13,735 nucleotides of DNA from assembly GCA_016235455.1 (NCBI GenBank), contig JACRKZ010000152.1, forward strand, positions 1 to 13,735, in the 5' to 3' direction. Source of the DNA: Armatimonadota bacterium (GTDB taxonomy: Bacteria > Armatimonadota > UBA10988). A model generated the notes under the pieces. It saw nothing but the letters and a program-made list of their open reading frames with translations. It ran no database searches and was not told the origin of the DNA. The translations under genes and the position numbers were made by a program. Positions 7,304 to 13,735 of the stretch are shown piece after piece (within the stretch, counting starts at the first letter, position 1; each line of letters opens with the position of its first letter).

Positions 7304-7975
7304 ATGTCACTCGCGCTGCTCTGGCTGCTGCTGGCCACGCCGACGCCCGAGGCCCGGCCCAACCTGCTGGTCAACGGCGGATTCGAGGACTGGGCGCCGT
7401 TGTCCGAGGCTGTTGCCCGGCGCGATGACGTGCGCAATGTCGACCTCGACCCGGCTGGCCAAGGCCCCGTCGGCTGGCTGCCGATGCGCGAGGTGGCGCG
7501 CGACCAGACCCGCACCGGCCGCATCGCGCTGGACGAGGCTGTGCGCCATGGTGGCCAGTGCTCGGCACGGCTGACCAACGGCGACCCGCGCGACATCACC
7601 TGCCTGGCCTACAGCACCGAGCCATACCAGGGCCAGACCGACGACCCGCACGGCGTGCGGCCCAACCATCGCTACCGGCTGCGCTGGTGGGTCAAGGGCG
7701 ACAACGTGCAGCCGACCGGCGCCGGGCCGATCCTCATGCTCTACACCGTGTCGTCGGCCGACGGCCGCGAGACGCGCGACAACACCTACGAGCAGGGCGT
7801 GGAGCTGCCGCGCGGTACGTTCGACTGGCAACGGCGCGAGTTTGTGTTCATCACCGGCGCCGCCGCGCGCTACACCGCCTTCACGCTGCAACTGCGCTGG
7901 GCGACGGGGAGCGTCTGGTATGACGATGCGGAGATGGTCGACCTGGGCGCCGTGGCGCGGGTGGAGACGTATTGA
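7304..7975 (+). CDS. Secreted stand-alone carbohydrate-binding (CBM4/9-like, galactose-binding-like fold) protein, 223 aa
   Basis: ATG 7304 lies 2 nt after the upstream TGA, with SD GGGGAG inside the upstream gene. Hydrophobic N-terminus MSLALLWLLLA. Motifs NLLVNGGFE, HGGQCSARL, PNHRYRLRWWVKG, GTFDWQRREF and GSVWYDDAEM. The 6773-7303 extension in the ORF track is spurious overlap. Confidence 0.85.
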   Translation: MSLALLWLLLATPTPEARPNLLVNGGFEDWAPLSEAVARRDDVRNVDLDPAGQGPVGWLPMREVARDQTRTGRIALDEAVRHGGQCSARLTNGDPRDITCLAYSTEPYQGQTDDPHGVRPNHRYRLRWWVKGDNVQPTGAGPILMLYTVSSADGRETRDNTYEQGVELPRGTFDWQRREFVFITGAAARYTAFTLQLRWATGSVWYDDAEMVDLGAVARVETY

Positions 7976-8346
7976 TACCTGATTGCACTGGACTGCCAGT
8001 ACCTACAAGCGGCGCAGGCGACGTGACTGCGTGGACGGTCGTGGATGGTCCGCGAAGGGCGATCGGCCCAACCTGGCACCGGAATCTTGCCGGTGGACAG
8101 ACCAGCGTATGCCCAGAGCCCTCGATGGGCTTTATGTCAGTGGCCACGGAACACACCTATTCGCACTTCCGTGCGCACTGTGGTCCGCATCCTTGGCCGC
8201 CGCCAGGGCCATGGCTTCGCGGAGGGCTGGCTGAGTGGGTGCCAGACGACCCGGATGCCCAGTCATGCCGGATCCCGCGGTGCCATCTGTTGATCCTTTC
8301 TGTGGCGCGGCATGAGGGGTCGGGTGGGTGGCCAGAGGGCCGGCGT

Positions 8347-8376
8347 TTGACGCCCGCTGGTCGGGCCGGTTAGGCT
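8347..8376 (+). promoter_or_regulatory. Putative sigma70-type promoter for the scramblase gene/operon
   Basis: TTGACG (8347-8352), an 18-nt spacer, then TAGGCT (8371-8376), followed by SD-like GAAGGGA and ATG 8398. Confidence 0.55.
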
Positions 8377-8397
8377 TGTTGAGAAGGGAATGCTGCT

Positions 8398-8988
8398 ATG
8401 TTGCTCTCTCGTCGACAGTTCTTCGTGCGTGAGCGGGTGGCGTTGGTCCGTCTGACGGACGTCTACGACATCCTTGATCCGGTCTCTCAGGAGACGGTCG
8501 GCGTCGCCCAGGAGGATCTGCCGTTCCTGTCCAAGCTGCTGCGGCTGTTTGTCAACAAGCTGCTGCTGCCGACGCTGGTCAACGTGCGCGAGGCCGAAGG
8601 CGCGCCACCGGTCCTTTCGCTGCGCAAGAAGATGGGCTTCTTCCGCCAGACGGTGATCGTCAGCGATGGCCAGGGCGGGCATCTGGGAACCTTCCGCAGC
8701 AAGCTCTGGAGCATCGGCGGCGGCTTCTGGGTGCTCGATGCGTCGGGCCAGCAGGTGGCCGAGGTCAAGGGGGACTGGAAGGGCTGGAACTTCCGGTTCG
8801 TCAACGGCGCCGGTCAGGAGCTGGGCACGGTCACCAAGAAGTGGGCCGGCATCGGCAAGGAGCTGTTCACCAGCGCCGACAACTACATCATCGCACTGAG
8901 CGACAGCATCCAGCAGACCGACCAGCAGGCCGGCCTGCTGCTGGCCGCCGGACTGGCCATCGATACGGTGTTCAAAGAGGGGCGGTGA
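8398..8988 (+). CDS. Phospholipid scramblase / LURP-one (Tubby C-terminal-like) family protein, 196 aa
   Basis: Motifs YDILDP, repeated V.D..G..LG/VAEV units, KGDWKGWNF, GTVTKKWAGIGKELFTSADNY and the C-terminal hydrophobic helix LLLAAGLAID, with a good SD and codon bias. Confidence 0.92.
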   Translation: MLLSRRQFFVRERVALVRLTDVYDILDPVSQETVGVAQEDLPFLSKLLRLFVNKLLLPTLVNVREAEGAPPVLSLRKKMGFFRQTVIVSDGQGGHLGTFRSKLWSIGGGFWVLDASGQQVAEVKGDWKGWNFRFVNGAGQELGTVTKKWAGIGKELFTSADNYIIALSDSIQQTDQQAGLLLAAGLAIDTVFKEGR

Positions 8989-9018
8989 TCGTCCGGGTCT
9001 GAGCGGGGGGTGACGACC

Positions 9019-12000
9019 ATGGTGCGCCCGTTGCTGCGCGTGCTTGTCTGTCTCGTGCTGTCGACAGCGCAGGCCGCGCCGCTGACCGGCCGGCTGCTCG
9101 ACTCCGCTGGCCAGCCGGTGGCGGGCGCGCGCGTGTTGCTGGTGACCGAGATACCGGCCTGGCGTCGGGCTGTCGCGCCGGCGACGACCGCGGCGGACGG
9201 CGGCTTCTCTCTGTCGGTGCCGGATGCGTTCGCCGGCCACGCCACGTTGCTCTCGCGCGTGCCGGGCCGTGGGGCGGCGGTGGCCGCGGTGGTGCTGCCG
9301 GCCGGGGCGGTCGACCTGCGCTTGCGGCCCGGCGAGAGCGTTGATGGCGTGGTCCTCGACCCGCAGCGGCGCCCGCTGGCCGGCGCGGTGGTGGCGCCGA
9401 GCCGGGTCGGCCAGAGCTGGTGGTTGGGCCACCTGCCCCGCGCCTGCGCCGAGTCGCTCTGGCGAGCCGAGACCGACGCCGAAGGTCGATGGCGGCTGGA
9501 CGACTTGCCGCAAGAGTGGAACAGCAGCGTGCTGATCTCGGCCACCGGGTGCGCGATGACGCGGTTGGCCATTGGCGGCGGCTTCCAGCCGTCGCCCGGC
9601 AGTTACATGGTGATGGCGCCGGCCGGCACGATCAGTGGCCGCGTGGCCGGCCCGGACGGCGCGGGTCGGCCCGGTCTGTGCGTGGTCACCGAGTGCGATG
9701 AAACCGTCACCGATGCCGAGGGCCGCTACGAACTGACCCATGCGTCGCCCGGCGAGCGCAGTGTCTGGCTGGCCGACGACGCGCAGGCAGCCTGGGTGGC
9801 GGCACCGCTGAACGGGATCAAGGTCGCTGCCGGCGCGCGCAGCGTGGCGCCCGACCTGCGGCTCGTGCCGGCGGCGCGGGCCATCGGCCGCGTGCGGGGC
9901 GGCCCCGGGGTTGTGGTGGACCTGGCCCAAGGCGACAGCTACTACCTGGCCGAGGCTGACATTGACGGCCGGTTCGTCGTGACCGCGCCGCCCGGCTGCT
10001 ACCGTCTCGCCGCTGGACCCAGACCCCTTGACCGCATACCCCTCGGCCGCACGATCGAGCTGCGCGCGGGCCAGACGCTCGACCTGGGCGAGTTGGGTGA
10101 GCAGCGCGAGTCGGCTGATGTTGTCCTGCGGGATGAGCAGGGGCAACCGCTGCGCGGGGCAACGGTCTGGGTGGCGTCGCGCGGTGGCAGGCTGTATCCG
10201 CGGGCCACCGACGCCGACGGCATTCTGCGTCTTGAGGGCACGCTCCCTGCTGGCCGGGACCTACCGCTGACCTTCGTCCAGCCGGGCCCGTGGCGCGTGG
10301 GGCGCGTGGTGGTCATCGGCGCCGGCAGCGAGGCGAGGCTGAGCCGGCGGCCGGCCACGGCGCTGACGGGCCGTGTCGTCGATGAGACCGGCCGTGCCGT
10401 GCCCGGCGCCACGGTGGCGCTGTCGCTAGCGCCCGCCGGCGAGCACCCCGAGTTCTGCACCGAGCCCGACGCTCTGACCTGTCGCACGGATGCCGACGGC
10501 CGTTACCGCTTCGCCGAGGTGCCGACCGGCTGGAGCGGCCAACTGCGCGCCGGCCGCGCGGGCTATCGCCAGAGCGCGGTCGTCGGCGTGGAGCCGTTGG
10601 GTCAGGCTCTGCCCCAGGACCTGACGCTGCTGCGCCTCGCCGAGTCGGCCACCGGCCGCGTGATCGACCGCGCCGGCCGCCCTGTGGCCGGTGCCATGGT
10701 GCTGGCGCAGGACTACCAGAACGGCGCGCCGGCCATCACCCGCGCCGATGGCACGTTCGTTTGCTCGCGACTGCCCAGCCAGCGCGTGACGCTCTGGGCC
10801 ATGCACGGCCGGCGCGCCGTGGGCCGGGTCTCGTGCGTGCCGACGACGGCCGAGTTGACCATCCGCGTCGCCGATGCGCCGGCCGTGGACTGGTCGCAGG
10901 CGCCGACCGCCGACGACATCGAGCTGGCGCGTGGTCTGGTGATGGCGGCGCTGGGCACGGGTCGCCAGCCGCGGGCCTTGGCGCTGCTGGCGCGCATCGA
11001 CCCGGCGGCGGCGCTGGAGCGCGTGGCGGCCGTCGCCGACCCCACCGATCGGGCCAATGTGCTGCGCGAGCTGTTGTCGGCCGCGCCGCCGGAGGTGCGT
11101 TTCGGCGAGGGTCTGGTGTCGCTGGTGAGGGCGGCCCCGCCCGGCGGGCTGCGGCCGATCGTGGCAGCCTTGGCGGCAGCGCATCTGCCGTCAGAGCGGC
11201 GCGACCTGACCGCGCGGTTGGCGGAGCTGGCGAAGGACATACCGGGCGAGCCCGATGCACGCGCTCTGGCGTTGCAGGCCGCGGCGTGCCGGGTCGAACT
11301 GGCCCTGCGCGCAGGCCAGCCGAATGTCGATGCCGCCTTGGCGGACTTGGACAAGCGCTGCCTGGGCGAAGGCTACCTCACTGTTGGTCTGCCGTCCCTG
11401 CTGCGCGGCATCGACCTGCAGCCGAGGCTGGTGGCTCTGCTGTTGGCCAATCCCTACATGGAGACCGAGGAGACCGTGCTACCGGCCAATGACGTGGCGA
11501 GTCTGCTGCAACACGGCGACGCCCGCGGAGCCTATGCGGCCGCTCGGCGCTGCTGGCCGCCGTCTGGTGCTGGCGAGGGTCTGCACCTGCGCGCGTGGCA
11601 AGAGCCCCGCAGGGCGCGCCTGCTGGCCAGGCTGGTGGCGGCCCTGGTGAACCGCGATCCCACGCTGGCGCAGTCTCTGGTGACCCACGAAGGCGAGAGC
11701 GACTCGGCCTTCGCGGCGGCCATGTATGCGGCCCTGACCACGCGCGACAAGGACCTGGCCCGGTGGTTCCTCGCCGCGGCAGCACGCCTTCACACCTTCG
11801 CGCGGCTGGACACGGACGCTAGGGTGGCCCTGGCCGCGGCCGGCATCGACGACGTCCTGGTTGAGGGCTGCCGGCAGGACCTGCTCGGCAAGGCGGTGTT
11901 CATGGCCGGCTGCGAGCGCGGTCCGCTGACCTTCGACAGCGACGATCGGCTGGACCTGATCGGCGGTCATGCTCTGGCGCTGAGCGACCCCAATCGCACG

Positions 12001-12240
12001 CGGTGGGCCGTGGAATCGCGCTGGGCGGCCGGCTGTTCGCGTGGTCGAGCCGCAGTGGCCATGGCGGCAGTCGACCGCGGCCGCGCTGTGGAGATGGCGC
12101 GGTCGTCGTTGGCCACAGCCGATGATCGGTTGGCCTTGGCCTGCTGGCTGCTGGCCGATCGGCGCGATCGCAGTGCACAACCGCTGAGTGCGTGGTTCGA
12201 GTACAACGCCGTCTGGCCGGGGCTGGACCGCTGGCAGTAG
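9019..12240 (+). CDS. Secreted carboxypeptidase-regulatory-like (Cna-B-type) repeat protein with C-terminal alpha-helical region, about 1073 aa
   Basis: Signal peptide MVRPLLRVLVCLVLSTAQA (alternative start GTG 9010). There are seven repeats of GRVxDxxGxPVxGAxV...TDADGRYxL over about 9080-10875, then about 430 aa of Ala/Leu-rich, helical-looking sequence. Stop TAG at 12238-12240. Confidence 0.88.
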   Translation: MVRPLLRVLVCLVLSTAQAAPLTGRLLDSAGQPVAGARVLLVTEIPAWRRAVAPATTAADGGFSLSVPDAFAGHATLLSRVPGRGAAVAAVVLPAGAVDLRLRPGESVDGVVLDPQRRPLAGAVVAPSRVGQSWWLGHLPRACAESLWRAETDAEGRWRLDDLPQEWNSSVLISATGCAMTRLAIGGGFQPSPGSYMVMAPAGTISGRVAGPDGAGRPGLCVVTECDETVTDAEGRYELTHASPGERSVWLADDAQAAWVAAPLNGIKVAAGARSVAPDLRLVPAARAIGRVRGGPGVVVDLAQGDSYYLAEADIDGRFVVTAPPGCYRLAAGPRPLDRIPLGRTIELRAGQTLDLGELGEQRESADVVLRDEQGQPLRGATVWVASRGGRLYPRATDADGILRLEGTLPAGRDLPLTFVQPGPWRVGRVVVIGAGSEARLSRRPATALTGRVVDETGRAVPGATVALSLAPAGEHPEFCTEPDALTCRTDADGRYRFAEVPTGWSGQLRAGRAGYRQSAVVGVEPLGQALPQDLTLLRLAESATGRVIDRAGRPVAGAMVLAQDYQNGAPAITRADGTFVCSRLPSQRVTLWAMHGRRAVGRVSCVPTTAELTIRVADAPAVDWSQAPTADDIELARGLVMAALGTGRQPRALALLARIDPAAALERVAAVADPTDRANVLRELLSAAPPEVRFGEGLVSLVRAAPPGGLRPIVAALAAAHLPSERRDLTARLAELAKDIPGEPDARALALQAAACRVELALRAGQPNVDAALADLDKRCLGEGYLTVGLPSLLRGIDLQPRLVALLLANPYMETEETVLPANDVASLLQHGDARGAYAAARRCWPPSGAGEGLHLRAWQEPRRARLLARLVAALVNRDPTLAQSLVTHEGESDSAFAAAMYAALTTRDKDLARWFLAAAARLHTFARLDTDARVALAAAGIDDVLVEGCRQDLLGKAVFMAGCERGPLTFDSDDRLDLIGGHALALSDPNRTRWAVESRWAAGCSRGRAAVAMAAVDRGRAVEMARSSLATADDRLALACWLLADRRDRSAQPLSAWFEYNAVWPGLDRWQ

Positions 12241-12255
12241 CGGTCGGAGAAGCCG

Positions 12256-13735
12256 ATGCGACGATGGTTGTGGACCGTGGCACTGCTGGTCGGCGCGAGC
12301 CGCGCGGCGACGCTGACCGGATTCGTCAACGACAGCCGCGACCGAGCCGTGCCGGGGGCGACGGTGTGGTATGCGGCCGACGATCCGTCTGGCGGGCCGA
12401 CCGTGGCGCCGGTCACCGCCGCTGCCGACGGCTCGTTTGCGCTCACGCTGCCCGACGTCGCGGCTGCGGGCGGCGCGCTCATCGCCCATGCGACTGGTCG
12501 CGGCGCCGCCGTGCACCGGCTGGCCGCGAGCCAGCCGCCGGTGTTGCTCCGGCTGCGGTCGACCGGCCCGGTCGAAGGCCTGGTCCTCGACGCGCAGCGC
12601 CGGCCCGTAGCGGGCGCGGTAGTGCGGCCGGTGATGTTCTGGCCACCGCGCGGCTTCGCCCGAGTCCCGCCGGAGCTGGCTGAGCGGCTGTGGTCGGCGA
12701 CGACCGATGCCGCCGGCCGTTGGCGGCTGGACGATCTACCGGCCGATACGCGGCGTGACTTTGAGGCCCGTGCCGCCGGCTACGCCCTGGCGCGGGTGGC
12801 GGTGGGCAGCGGCTACCAGCCGCCGCCGGCGAGCTACGCCATCCTGAAGCCGGGCGGCGGCTTGACCGGCCGGGTACTTCTGCCCGACGGCCGGCCCGCG
12901 GCCGGCCTGTGGCTCATGGCCGACCCTGAGTGGACCATGACCGGCGCCGATGGCGCCTACACGCTGGCGCATCAGCCAATCAGTCAGGCCGCGATCCGCG
13001 TCATGCGACCAGCCGACGCGACCTGGGCGGAGCCGCCCTTCTTCGGCGCGATGGTCGTGCCTGGCACGACCTCGCACGCGCCAGACCTGCGGCTGCCGAG
13101 GGGTGTGCGCATCGCCGGCACGGTGGTCGACCAGGTCAGCGGCGCGCCGCTGGAGGGCTGCCGGGTCGACTGGCGGTCGATCGATCGGCCCGGCGCGGCG
13201 GCCTACAGCGACGCATCGGGCCGGTATGAGGTGGTGGTCGCGCCGGGCGACTACACTGCGGTGGCTGGGGCTTCCGAGCCAGGCAGGCCGGTGAGGATCA
13301 CCGTGGTCGACGGCGCCATGGCGCCGGTGCAACTCAGCGCGCCGCGCTGCGGCTACCGACGGGTGCGGCTGCAACTGCGCGATGGCGACCGCCCCACCGC
13401 GCGGGAGAACGTCTGGCTCGCGGTCGATGGCCAGACACGCTGGGTGACCAGCGACGACCTGGGCCAGGTGGAGGCGCGACTGCCCCTCGGACAGCGCGTA
13501 CTCTTCGACCCACCGCCACCCGTGGGTCAACCGCAGGGACCGCCTGAACCACCGGCCATCGTCCGCGTCGTGCTGGCCGACCCCTGGCGGCAAGGCCAGG
13601 TCGACGTGCCCGAGGGAGCTATGCTCGTCGACCTGCCGCTGACCGAATGCCCGCTGACCACGGTGACCGGCCGTGTGCACGACACCGGCGGGGGCCCTGT
13701 GGTCGGGGCTCAGGTGCTGCTAAGGATGGCACCGA
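12256..13735 (+). CDS. Second, paralogous secreted carboxypeptidase-regulatory-like repeat protein (3'-truncated; absent from the ORF track)
   Basis: GGAG SD and ATG 12256; manual translation is open to the window end (493 codons). It reads MRRWLWTVALLVGASRAATLTGFVNDSRDRAVPGATV...VEGLVLDAQRRPVAGAVV...TTDAAGRWRLDDLP...SDASGRYEV...VTGRVHDTGGGPVVGAQV and is collinear with the 9019-12240 protein. Confidence 0.9.
   Translation, partial: MRRWLWTVALLVGASRAATLTGFVNDSRDRAVPGATVWYAADDPSGGPTVAPVTAAADGSFALTLPDVAAAGGALIAHATGRGAAVHRLAASQPPVLLRLRSTGPVEGLVLDAQRRPVAGAVVRPVMFWPPRGFARVPPELAERLWSATTDAAGRWRLDDLPADTRRDFEARAAGYALARVAVGSGYQPPPASYAILKPGGGLTGRVLLPDGRPAAGLWLMADPEWTMTGADGAYTLAHQPISQAAIRVMRPADATWAEPPFFGAMVVPGTTSHAPDLRLPRGVRIAGTVVDQVSGAPLEGCRVDWRSIDRPGAAAYSDASGRYEVVVAPGDYTAVAGASEPGRPVRITVVDGAMAPVQLSAPRCGYRRVRLQLRDGDRPTARENVWLAVDGQTRWVTSDDLGQVEARLPLGQRVLFDPPPPVGQPQGPPEPPAIVRVVLADPWRQGQVDVPEGAMLVDLPLTECPLTTVTGRVHDTGGGPVVGAQVLLRMAP

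Noticed and set aside
3042-7310. 1422-aa ORF on the minus strand spanning the glycosidase
   Set aside because: It is the antisense shadow of a GC3-rich gene, with an Arg/Gln/His/Ala-rich translation and no recognisable motifs. Long stop-free antisense frames are expected at this GC content.
8074-8090. TGGCAC...TTGC resembling a sigma54 -24/-12 promoter
   Set aside because: The spacing is 7 nt rather than the required 5 nt.
8398-8430. SRRQFF at the scramblase N-terminus looks like a Tat motif
   Set aside because: No hydrophobic h-region follows (VRERVALVRLTDVYD), and the segment appears to be the first beta-strand of the domain.
12238-12258. The two repeat genes are in the same frame and separated by a single TAG, suggesting readthrough or pyrrolysine
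   Set aside because: The downstream gene has its own GGAG SD, ATG and signal peptide and restarts the homology from the N-terminus. Sharing a frame has a 1-in-3 chance, and no pyl genes are seen.

Overview
High-GC bacterial window; the gene content suggests an Armatimonadota- or Planctomycetota-like organism (inference only). It holds eight credible CDSs. These are a 5'-truncated URO-D/MtaA-like TIM-barrel gene, a secreted 7-bladed YVTN/YncE beta-propeller, a Tat-exported xylose-isomerase-like TIM barrel, a divergently transcribed 1300-aa secreted GH42-like multidomain glycosidase with a coupled stand-alone CBM4/9-like gene, a LURP-one/scramblase gene, and two tandem paralogous secreted proteins built from carboxypeptidase-regulatory-like (Cna-B-type) repeats. 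The second paralog runs off the window and is missing from the supplied ORF track. Several supplied ORFs need start trimming, and the other long ORFs are high-GC shadow frames. Non-coding signals are a perfect 33-bp inverted repeat with REP-doublet architecture (943-1014) abutting a possible decayed YD/RHS repeat, two back-to-back hairpins (2251-2323), overlapping divergent -10 boxes (3294-3301) and a sigma70-like promoter (8347-8376). No rRNA, tRNA, CRISPR or transposase was seen. No complete novel system can be demonstrated from the sequence alone. The best leads are the scramblase-linked tandem repeat-protein array and a secreted glycan module containing a candidate non-hydrolytic eliminase.
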